Shown in pieces: positions 25,737 through 33,065 of a DNA stretch of 35,388 nucleotides (the stretch's first letter is position 1; each line of letters begins with the position of its first letter). The stretch covers positions 1-35,388 of IMG/VR virus record IMGVR_UViG_3300020059_000007; one strand, given 5' to 3'. Source of the stretch: a virus (Duplodnaviria > Caudoviricetes). The notes under the pieces are model-generated. The model saw only the letters and a list, made by a program, of their open reading frames with translations, ran no database searches and was not told the DNA's origin. A program made the position numbers and the translations under genes.

Positions 25737-25805
25737 GCAGGCGTTAAAGCCGAGCCTTGCAGGGCGCGACCTTAACTAATCATTGTCACACTTGGGAGTA
25801 AGCAA

Positions 25806-26210
25806 ATGAGTAACTTAATAGTAGTACAATTTAATGCAAGAAAACAAGAGCAGGACGCTAACTTGGATCACGGACAGTCAAGGATTGCATTCAAACAATA
25901 TATTCATGGCCTCATGGAAGAATATGCAGGATATAATTTCACTGGCGTCACCCTCAATATTCAAAAACTCCCACTGTATGAAAAAAGATTATTACTCTCT
26001 CATGTTTTAGATGCCGATGATTATGAAGATTCTTTAAGATCACCGACCGCAACAGAAGCTTACTTATCTGAGACAGAAAGATACATGAAAGAAATTATTT
26101 CAGAAGTATGCGAGGAAGCTTACCAAGATTTTATGGAAGAATCGGGATTTCAATCAAGGCAAGATCAAGTCAATGGTGAAACCATCTGGAGTAATAAATC
26201 ATGTCGATAA
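25806..26210 (+). CDS. Hypothetical acidic protein
   Basis: GGAG RBS, early operon. Confidence 0.75.
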   Translation: MSNLIVVQFNARKQEQDANLDHGQSRIAFKQYIHGLMEEYAGYNFTGVTLNIQKLPLYEKRLLLSHVLDADDYEDSLRSPTATEAYLSETERYMKEIISEVCEEAYQDFMEESGFQSRQDQVNGETIWSNKSCR

Positions 26211-26386
26211 TCCAATGCGATGGTTGTCACTCCTATGTTGATTTAGATAATTGTGTCGATGTAATCACAATCGATTACAAACAAGAAATATTTATGTATG
26301 CGCGAGATTGTATACAAAACATCTTAACTGAAACTGAAAAAAAACTTTATGAGTCAGGTAAAACAGATTTTGTGAGGGTTGACTAA
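26201..26386 (+). CDS. Hypothetical Cys-containing protein
   Basis: GGAG RBS, overlaps the upstream gene. Confidence 0.7.
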   Translation: MSIIQCDGCHSYVDLDNCVDVITIDYKQEIFMYARDCIQNILTETEKKLYESGKTDFVRVD

Positions 26387-26533
26387 ATGAGTACACAAAC
26401 AATAGATGAAATAGACACCCTAAACATCATCGAATGGATAGAAGAATATAAAAACGATCCAGAAATTAAAAAAGCACTCTTAAAAGAATATTCAAAACGA
26501 AGACAAATTAAAAAAGAGGAAGAATTAAAATGA
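26387..26533 (+). CDS. Hypothetical protein, 48 aa
   Basis: Hand-translated MSTQTIDEID...; GAGG RBS and ATGA overlap with the next gene. Confidence 0.65.
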   Translation: MSTQTIDEIDTLNIIEWIEEYKNDPEIKKALLKEYSKRRQIKKEEELK

Positions 26534-27302
26534 GTCTAAAAGCAAAAAAACCAGAAGTAGCAAAAGGTCGTCTTAAACTATTTTTGTACGGCAATGCCAA
26601 AGTTGGTAAGTCTACAATGTCGATTCAATTTCCAAAGCCTTATATCATCGACACCGAAGGCTCTATGGATAAAAGAAAGTATTGATGGTAGAGCGGCACG
26701 ATTATAAAACATTAGTCATCGACTCCATGACAGTTTTATATAATGACTTATTAGAAAAGTCAGCGGCAATTAATGGCACTGACTTCGGCCGGCATTATTC
26801 GTCTGCCAACAAGCGCATGAAACATCTATTCAATCTGCTTGTCAGAATTGATATGAATGTTATTATCACAAGCCACGCAAAGAATGAATACGGACAGAAC
26901 ATGGTTGTTTTAGGAAGCACATATGATTGTTACCGAAAGTTAGATTATTTATTTGATCTCATCATTGAACTACAAAAGCGTGGCCAAGATCGTGTCGCTA
27001 TTGTCAAAGGAAGCAGGCTAATAGAATTTCCAGAAGACGATCAATTTCAAGCTAACTACAGTGAGTTTTCCACACGGTACGACAAAGAAATTCTTGAGCG
27101 TGTCGCCGTCAATGAAAAGCTTGCAACACAGGATCAGGTAGACCATTTAAAACATCTCGTTGATCTTTACAAAGAACCGCAAGAAACCATAGATAAATGG
27201 CTAGACAAAGCTGGTGCAGAAAAGTTTGAAGAAATGAATGAAATCGTCATCCAAAAGATCATCGATCACATGGAAAACAAAGCTAAAAAGGCAGTTAAGT
27301 GA
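26530..27302 (+). pseudogene. Split Sak4-like / AAA_24 ATPase
   Basis: 26530-26685 encodes MSLKAKK..LKLFLYGNAKVGKST..YIIDTEGSMDKRKY*. The Walker B half (YKTLVIDS, VIITSHAK) follows in another frame from 26682/26685. Confidence 0.8.
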
Positions 27303-27484
27303 TGCATAGCAATTTTAAAAATGAACTTGATAGTATTATTTACAAACATAATAAAGATATTGAAAAAAATACTGGTTATACCGAGGGATTTAATAAAGGT
27401 TATGAATTAGGATATAGACAAGCTGCGCAAGATATCTTAGAAATGACTAATAATATTTTCAAAAGAACTGAACCCAAAGAATAA
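27299..27484 (+). CDS. Hypothetical protein (GxxxG repeat)
   Basis: GYTEGFNKGYELGY; GTGA overlap. Confidence 0.65.
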   Translation: MMHSNFKNELDSIIYKHNKDIEKNTGYTEGFNKGYELGYRQAAQDILEMTNNIFKRTEPKE

Positions 27485-27495
27485 GGATATTTAAA

Positions 27496-27978
27496 ATGAG
27501 TTTTAGTTATACCCCCATATCAAAGCAACAAGCAGAAGACGCACGTTTTAGTTTAATAAAGCCTGGTAACTATCATGCTGTAGTAAGACAGATGACGCCA
27601 AAGCCGTCAGACAAAGGCAATCAAATGATTGTGGTGATGCTTAATGTTTACCATGGCAATAATGAGATAGAGCAAATATTTGATTACCTTACTTTCGTAC
27701 CTTCAATGATGTGGAAGATCATCCATTTTTGCGAATCTATTGGGTTATTAGAGGCTTATGAAAATGGAAGTTTTAAACCAGACATGGCATTGAATCGTAA
27801 TACATTTGTTAAAGTTGGTTTTCAATCAGGAAAAGAAATCCCATTTGATAAACTAAATGGAAAACCAGTTGGTTCAAAATACCCTGACAGAAATTCCATA
27901 GAGGATTATGTCAGGAAAGAACTTGTAACGGAGCTTCCAGAAAAGAAAAAAGAATTTGACGATGACATTCCTTTTTAA
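27496..27978 (+). CDS. Single-stranded DNA-binding protein, DUF669-like
   Basis: PG.Y..V, S.KGN.MI and IFDYL motifs, acidic tail DDDIPF. Lies close downstream of the Sak4-like gene. Confidence 0.8.
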   Translation: MSFSYTPISKQQAEDARFSLIKPGNYHAVVRQMTPKPSDKGNQMIVVMLNVYHGNNEIEQIFDYLTFVPSMMWKIIHFCESIGLLEAYENGSFKPDMALNRNTFVKVGFQSGKEIPFDKLNGKPVGSKYPDRNSIEDYVRKELVTELPEKKKEFDDDIPF

Positions 27979-28007
27979 TTCCAATGAATTATAAGTAAGG
28001 GTTATAT

Positions 28008-28395
28008 ATGAGTTTTTTAGAGCGTGAAATAGAAAAACTATTGTCTCACGAAGGGCTGTCCGATGAAGCAAAAGAAAAAATAAAAGAATTCAAATTGGCA
28101 TCAGATAAAAAAACAAAATGTCTTAATGAAGCTGGCACGGATGTACCATGCATTAACCAAAAAAATTCCAGAATGTCGTCATAACGGTTCCCAGGAAGGA
28201 GAAGATAGAGAATTCTCTGGCGAATTTTATGCTTTTTTACTTGAGCTAAAACCTCTGTTAAAAAGTATAGGAATCGACATAGGTAAAAATACTTCCTTAG
28301 GCGTAAATACTAAACGTGTTTTGAAAGAACATAAAAAAACATTATCTTTTCTAGAAATTGAAACCCCTTCTCTGGAATTTGCAGAGTTACAGTAA
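28008..28395 (+). pseudogene. Hypothetical gene, probably frameshifted at an A7 run (28107-28113)
   Basis: ATG 28008 with RBS reads MSFLEREIEK...SDKK and stops at 28184. Removing one A joins it to the 28126..28395 ORF. Confidence 0.5.
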
Positions 28396-28494
28396 GTGTA
28401 TTTTTTAATCATTTTTTCTAATGATCATTTCCCTGCTTTATCAGATAACTCTTGTTAAGATGCACATATAAAGTAAATACAGAGCAAATAAAAA

Positions 28495-28698
28495 ATGTTT
28501 AATCGCAATTTAACCATGCGTATAGACGAACAAACTGATCTCCTTTTAAAGGTGTTAATCAACGATTTGAGTTTTAACAAGTCGCAAGTTATTCGGCGTT
28601 CACTAAAGCTAATGAAAGACTTGATTGAACTTCAGAAGCAGTATGGGGATATCAAATTTAAAGTAGGGGAAAGAGAAGTATTTCTTTTTGTGAATTGA
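28495..28698 (+). CDS. Ribbon-helix-helix (CopG-like) regulator
   Basis: LTMRIDE....L..L......KSQVIRRSL motif. Confidence 0.75.
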   Translation: MFNRNLTMRIDEQTDLLLKVLINDLSFNKSQVIRRSLKLMKDLIELQKQYGDIKFKVGEREVFLFVN

Positions 28699-28745
28699 GT
28701 TTGAGCTGAACAGGATGTTCGGCATTAAGAAAAGGATTTATAAAC

Positions 28746-29006
28746 ATGAGCTACAAAAAGGCTCATGCTCCGTTAATTCGGGCAGAATTGTTGCCGGAGC
28801 ATGATAAATATCGACAAGCAAATTTTAACAGTCAGCAATCGTTGACGCCAGCTTTTATCGATCAAAATTCTTCAAATTCTGTCATTCAAAAATTACACAG
28901 GCTCGCATTACAGCTGAGTACTACTTGTTATTGCCATGACATATTAAGTGCCGAGATCTCTCATGATTTTATCTTTGGCATAGAGAAAATTCGAGATGAG
29001 TTATGA
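28746..29006 (+). CDS. Hypothetical protein
   Basis: AAGGA RBS; ATGA overlap with the initiator. Confidence 0.6.
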   Translation: MSYKKAHAPLIRAELLPEHDKYRQANFNSQQSLTPAFIDQNSSNSVIQKLHRLALQLSTTCYCHDILSAEISHDFIFGIEKIRDEL

Positions 29007-29689
29007 TACAAGCACAAATTACCATCGATCGTTTTTTAAGAAGCAGCCTTTCTACACAGTACAAATTAAATGTGTATGAAAGAATGCTTTTAGTAATGCT
29101 GGCAAGCTACACAAGTTCTAAATCTGATTGCTTCCCTTCCCACCTATCACTAGCGACATATTGTGGTATGTCGATTGATTCAGTTAAGAGCTATACCAAA
29201 ACCCTGGAAGGGAAAGGTTTAATAAAAATTTCAAGATATTTTGGTAAGAATAACCACTATCAATTATTCATACCCAGTGCTGATAGCACTCAGTGCTCAC
29301 AGCACCCAGTGCCTGTAGCACCACCTACTCAGTGCTCACAGCTCTTGGTACCAGGTGCTGACAGCACTACTAATAACATCAGTAATAACATCAGAGAATG
29401 TACATCAGGTATTAGCTTGAAAAAGCGTCAAGCTAATAAACCAACGAAAACGAATAAATCCTCTTTCCCAGAAAAGATGGAAATAGGGGAGTCACATAGG
29501 ACTATAGCAACCCAATCTGGTCTTGATGTCGAAGCCGAGTTTATACACTTCAGGGAGTATCACTTATCAAGGGGAGCCAAGTTTTCACGGTGGGATATGG
29601 CGTTTAACACATGGCTACGTAATGCCACCAAATTTACAAAAAAAAATCTAATTCAACAACAAATCCAATGTCAGGAGTTATATGAATGA
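29003..29689 (+). CDS. Phage replication initiator (winged HTH N-terminus, DnaT-like C-terminus)
   Basis: CFPSH.SLA..CGMS..SV....K.L..KGLI and F..YH..RG.....W..AF.TWLRNA motifs. Contains internal iterons. Confidence 0.85.
   Translation: MIQAQITIDRFLRSSLSTQYKLNVYERMLLVMLASYTSSKSDCFPSHLSLATYCGMSIDSVKSYTKTLEGKGLIKISRYFGKNNHYQLFIPSADSTQCSQHPVPVAPPTQCSQLLVPGADSTTNNISNNIRECTSGISLKKRQANKPTKTNKSSFPEKMEIGESHRTIATQSGLDVEAEFIHFREYHLSRGAKFSRWDMAFNTWLRNATKFTKKNLIQQQIQCQELYE
29275..29394. repeat. Iterons inside the initiator gene (lambda-ori-like)
   Basis: Five copies of CAGTGCnnnnAGCAC-like units (29275, 29291, 29307, 29330, 29352), then TAATAACATCAG twice. Confidence 0.85.
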
Positions 29690-30195
29690 ATAGTTTTAAT
29701 CAAATTGCTGGAATGTTAGCTCAACGTGCTCAAGAAATCGTACAGTTCTTGTTACCTCAAGGAAAGAGAATGGGTGCTGAATGGTGTGTTGGTGGTGTTA
29801 GCGGTGAAGTCGGCGATTCATTGAAAGTGCATCTCACTGGCGAAAAGTCTGGAGTATGGTGTGATTTCGCCACAGGCGAGAAAGGGGATTTACTTGAGTT
29901 ATGGCGTTTAAACCGCAATATAGATATCAAGGCTGCGTTAAAAGAGGCAGAGCAATACCTTGGGGTGGGTAAGCCTAAATTCGATGGCTATAAGAAAAAA
30001 ACATTCATTCGACAATCGCCAGATAAAGTGAAGTCAATCATCTCTACGTCACCAGTAATGAATTACCTCATGAATGAGAGAAAATTAACCGCCGAAACTA
30101 TTCATGCGTTTAAAATTGGTGAACAGAATCGAGAAATTATCTTTCCCTATTTGCACTCCAGTGATAGTGCCAGGATATCCTATGGGACAATCTAA
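29686..30195 (+). pseudogene. Truncated DNA primase or primase-helicase: N-terminal domain only
   Basis: LLP.GK..G.EW.VG...GE.G.SL.V.L.G.K.G.W.DFATGE.GDLL.LW, YL..ERKLT.ETI..F.IG and IIFPY, then a stop 14 codons later with no TOPRIM domain. Confidence 0.75.
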
Positions 30196-30295
30196 TTTTC
30201 AATCTCCAAAAGGTTGGCAGTGCCCTGTATGTTTTGCGGTGATGTCTCCTACATTTCCTACATGTTTTTATTGTAAACCAAAGGTGAGTGAATGA
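30182..30295 (+). CDS. Small zinc-finger protein (GWQCPVC..V.SP....C..C)
   Basis: ATG 30182 with AGGA upstream. May be the remnant of a longer gene. Confidence 0.65.
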   Translation: MGQSNFQSPKGWQCPVCFAVMSPTFPTCFYCKPKVSE

Positions 30296-30477
30296 GTGAA
30301 CATCCAGAAGTATTTAATAAAGTATTGGCAAGTCAAGATGATTTAATTCAGTTAGCAGTAATATTGTTTTCTGTTATTGAGGATTTTGTTAATCCTAATA
30401 GCACTAAGGAGCAATCTTTAGTATCTAGAGATTGTTTAAGAGAGTTGATTAGAAAGTTACATTATGGTGAAGAATGA
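30292..30477 (+). CDS. Hypothetical protein
   Basis: ATGA overlap. Confidence 0.65.
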   Translation: MSEHPEVFNKVLASQDDLIQLAVILFSVIEDFVNPNSTKEQSLVSRDCLRELIRKLHYGEE

Positions 30478-30539
30478 AAGTAGTAGTTAAAAATATTTTG
30501 TATTATCCTTCACTTTCTAACTATCGTCCAAGGTGAACA

Positions 30540-30803
30540 ATGAAATATAGAAAAAACCAATAAGTGATTGATGCAATTCAGTACAATGGAAATAATTCCA
30601 CAGAAATATTAATAAAACTTGGAATGACAGAAATAGGAGAAGAATTAACTTCAGATGATTTGTTAATTACAACATTAGAAGGTGAAATGCGCGCTTCCCC
30701 TGGTGATTACATTATCAAAGGAATTAAAGGCGAGTTTTATCCATGCAAGCCAGATATTTTTGAATGCACGTATGAAAAGGTGAGCGATGAAAGTAACAGT
30801 TAA
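30540..30803 (+). pseudogene. Conserved phage protein of the 'KYRKKPV.I.A.Q...TLEG.M.AS.GDYIIKG..GEFYPCKPDIF' family with a premature stop at codon 8
   Basis: ATG AAA TAT AGA AAA AAC CAA TAA GTG ATT GAT GCA; the remainder is intact. Confidence 0.75.
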
Positions 30804-30996
30804 AGAGAAATCAGAGACGAAAGAATATCCGTGGATTGGGGTTTCAGAAGATAAAGCAATTGTTTTATTTGGCAGTCCAGAAGGAGCAATATGTTTAAAG
30901 ATAGGTACAAAGTCAAATCCAATAGTTGATTCAGAATATTGGGATATAAATAAATACAAACCCTTTGACGGCGAAATAGTGCTGAGTAACTCATGA
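30787..30996 (+). CDS. Hypothetical protein
   Basis: Overlap chain; C-terminal F.GEI.LSN. Confidence 0.7.
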   Translation: MKVTVKEKSETKEYPWIGVSEDKAIVLFGSPEGAICLKIGTKSNPIVDSEYWDINKYKPFDGEIVLSNS

Positions 30997-31445
30997 CGGA
31001 TAGACCTCAAAGATTACCAAGTTGTATTCATGGTTTAGTTACCTATTGTAAAATATGTGATGAGAAGAAAATGAGAAAATTTAATTTAGAACGCGCCCTT
31101 GCGGGTGATAAAGTTGTTTGCCGTGACGGCTCAAAAGTCATTGAGCTTAAGTATTTTGATAATAGTCATAGAGGTCAAAGATTGGTTGGTATAGTAGAAG
31201 ATAGTGACGGTGATATAGATATATGTTGGTGGAACGATCAAGGAAGATTTATAAATTTTGAAAGTGAAGCAGAGTATGATCTATTCATGGCACCGACCGA
31301 GAAAACTTATTACGTGAATGTTTATAGAAGAAGTGATGGTCATATTAAGCTTGGTAAAATTTTTAATTGTAAACCAGATTGTGCAGAAGGTTATTCCGAA
31401 ACTATGGAGTATATAAAAACAATTGAATTTACGGTAGAAGAATAA
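30993..31445 (+). CDS. Hypothetical phage protein (FNLE.ALAG..V..RDG...DL.MAP family)
   Basis: Recognisable motif and ATGA overlap. Confidence 0.75.
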   Translation: MTDRPQRLPSCIHGLVTYCKICDEKKMRKFNLERALAGDKVVCRDGSKVIELKYFDNSHRGQRLVGIVEDSDGDIDICWWNDQGRFINFESEAEYDLFMAPTEKTYYVNVYRRSDGHIKLGKIFNCKPDCAEGYSETMEYIKTIEFTVEE

Positions 31446-31618
31446 TGACAATTACAGTTAAGCGCTTAATCATGGAACTTGAGAAGATCGAAAACAAAAT
31501 GCTTGAAGTTGAGGTGTCATTGGTTGATATAGAACATCGCACACCGAGTATCGGTTCAATAATTACTCTTCATAAAAAAGTAATGATACATTTAGAATAT
31601 TCAAAGGACAGAAATTAA
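31445..31618 (+). CDS. Hypothetical protein, 57 aa (MTITVKRLIMELEK...)
   Basis: Hand-translated; TAATG overlap. Confidence 0.7.
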   Translation: MTITVKRLIMELEKIENKMLEVEVSLVDIEHRTPSIGSIITLHKKVMIHLEYSKDRN

Positions 31619-31632
31619 TAAAATCAGTTAAG

Positions 31633-31662
31633 TTTAAAGGTGTCGAATTCGCCAGGTTTAAA
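31633..31662. repeat. 30-bp quasi-palindrome, copy 2
   Basis: TTTAAAGGTGTCGAATTCGCCAGGTTTAAA; 25/30 identical to 25161-25190. Confidence 0.75.
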
Positions 31663-31682
31663 TATAAGTCTGTAACAGAAAA

Positions 31683-31726
31683 CCAACTATTCGTGATTCG
31701 CGAATTGCAAATAGTTGGCTTCTTTT
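31683..31726. terminator. Long hairpin between convergent genes, probable bidirectional terminator
   Basis: CCAACTATT...AATAGTTGG stem with further internal pairing, followed by CTTCTTTT. Confidence 0.65.
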
Positions 31727-31730
31727 AAGC

Positions 31731-32045
31731 TTATACGACTGGTGGAACTGGTGGAGTTAAAGCATCTAAAGCGTCTAGCTTATCTGCCATAGCTTGTGCG
31801 CGAACTTTCAGGGTATCTAAAGCGGCTTGGTCTTCTGGTGTAATAGCATTTGCAATGAGTGCTGCAATTTGATCATTCAAATTTTGAATGTCGGCTTGTA
31901 AATCTGCAATAGCAACGTCCATACGGTCGTTGAATGCATTCTGGGCTGCTGCAAAGTCTGCGATGGCTGTCATGATTTGTTCTCCAATTTTAATAAGTTT
32001 ATGTAAGTCGTGGTGTATATTAATATCTTCATAACGTTTTGTCAT
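31731..32045 (-). CDS. Coiled-coil Ala/Asp-rich protein with a Pro-rich tail (alternative start 31973)
   Basis: Heptad pattern. Both ATGs have an RBS. Confidence 0.8.
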   Translation of the reverse strand: MTKRYEDINIHHDLHKLIKIGEQIMTAIADFAAAQNAFNDRMDVAIADLQADIQNLNDQIAALIANAITPEDQAALDTLKVRAQAMADKLDALDALTPPVPPVV

Positions 32046-32070
32046 AATATCCTCGGATAAGGAATTAGTT

Positions 32071-32163
32071 ATGTTTGAGAATATTGTCTGTTTCTGTTTG
32101 GGTCTAATCAGTGGGTGCGCGGTATTGATAACACTTATCCTATTATACCTTATTCTTTACTAA
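32071..32163 (+). CDS. 30-aa hydrophobic peptide (MFENIVCFCLGLISGCAVLITLILLYLILY)
   Basis: Hand-translated; TAAGGA RBS. Confidence 0.5.
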   Translation: MFENIVCFCLGLISGCAVLITLILLYLILY

Positions 32164-32177
32164 GAAAGTTATAACTC

Positions 32178-32369
32178 ATGATATGCAAAATATGTAAGAA
32201 AGAACGCGAAGCAAATTATATCAGTGAAGTCATTCATAATGTGGGAATCGAAAAAGGTTTTGAAAATGCAGATGATGTTAAGATGACTGTTCTTTATTGC
32301 AACGATAATTCCATATGTACCGCTATCGCAAAAGCTGCAAAAGTATTGCTCAAATTACGCAAACGATAG
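32178..32369 (+). CDS. Small Cys-containing protein
   Basis: CKIC...YCND...C pattern. Confidence 0.65.
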   Translation: MICKICKKEREANYISEVIHNVGIEKGFENADDVKMTVLYCNDNSICTAIAKAAKVLLKLRKR

Positions 32370-32591
32370 ATCAATAACTATTCATGTTTAGTATTATAGT
32401 ATATCTCAAATCCCAATATGTATTTATATTGCTATGATAACCGCAATAAAACCATTTAATATACTGAAAACCACCTATTGCCTGTAAGTCTAATTACTGG
32501 CGGTAGATCGTTCAAAAAATACCAGATAGACATAGAATATTTTTTCAATATAATCTCGCGCCTTGTCATTAATAAAAATAAGGAAATGAGG

Positions 32592-32726
32592 ATGAGATTT
32601 TATATTGATGGACATGAGGTGGAACCTCAAGAAGAACTGTATCGCTTAATCGATGAAAACTATCAACGCCTTGTCTCTCAAATGGATCATATCGAAGATA
32701 ATGTATCTCATAAAAGAGTGGCATAA
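32592..32726 (+). CDS. Hypothetical protein (MRFYIDGHEVEPQEE...)
   Basis: 3' part of track ORF 32478..32726, with an AAGGA/GAGG RBS region just upstream. Start uncertain. Confidence 0.5.
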   Translation: MRFYIDGHEVEPQEELYRLIDENYQRLVSQMDHIEDNVSHKRVA

Positions 32727-32922
32727 AAGCCACAAGAAATATTATAAGGTTTTTATTACCCGTGATCTTTTTGGCGATTGGTTAATAACGCTTGCATGGG
32801 GGAGTTGTCATAGCCGTCTTGGCAACTCAAAGAATATCTGTATGGATAGTTATGAAGACATTCTCCATTTTATTGAACGATTAAATAAAAGACGCTTAAA
32901 GAGAGGTTATTTATGCCATTAA
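32701..32922 (+). CDS. WGR domain protein
   Basis: KYY.V....DLFGDW.I..AWG....G and KR.KRGY motifs. Confidence 0.82.
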   Translation: MYLIKEWHKSHKKYYKVFITRDLFGDWLITLAWGSCHSRLGNSKNICMDSYEDILHFIERLNKRRLKRGYLCH

Positions 32923-33065
32923 ATGAAAGAAACAAATTAATAGAAGAAATAATATCTAAATTAAAAGAGTTAAAAGAACTATTAGACGGCAAAACATCAT
33001 TAGATGATAAAGCACCATCTAATCAACCACCGCCTAAAGACAACACTGACATTTGGCGGGGTTAG
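32913..33065 (+). CDS. Hypothetical protein, 50 aa (MPLNERNKLIEE...)
   Basis: Hand-translated; GAGG RBS. Stop overlaps the fibre stop. Confidence 0.6.
   Translation: MPLNERNKLIEEIISKLKELKELLDGKTSLDDKAPSNQPPPKDNTDIWRG

Noticed and set aside
26668-26690. Programmed -1 frameshift joining the Sak4-like halves
   Set aside because: No canonical X XXY YYZ heptamer in frame, and residues appear to be missing anyway.
29151-29166. Weaker NrdR-box-like sequence TAGCGACATATTGTGG (also half matches near 18229 and 32411)
   Set aside because: Poor flanks, or inside coding sequence; expected by chance in AT-rich DNA.
30561-30563. Stop-codon reassignment
   Set aside because: TAA, TAG and TGA all terminate well-defined genes here, and there is no suppressor tRNA.
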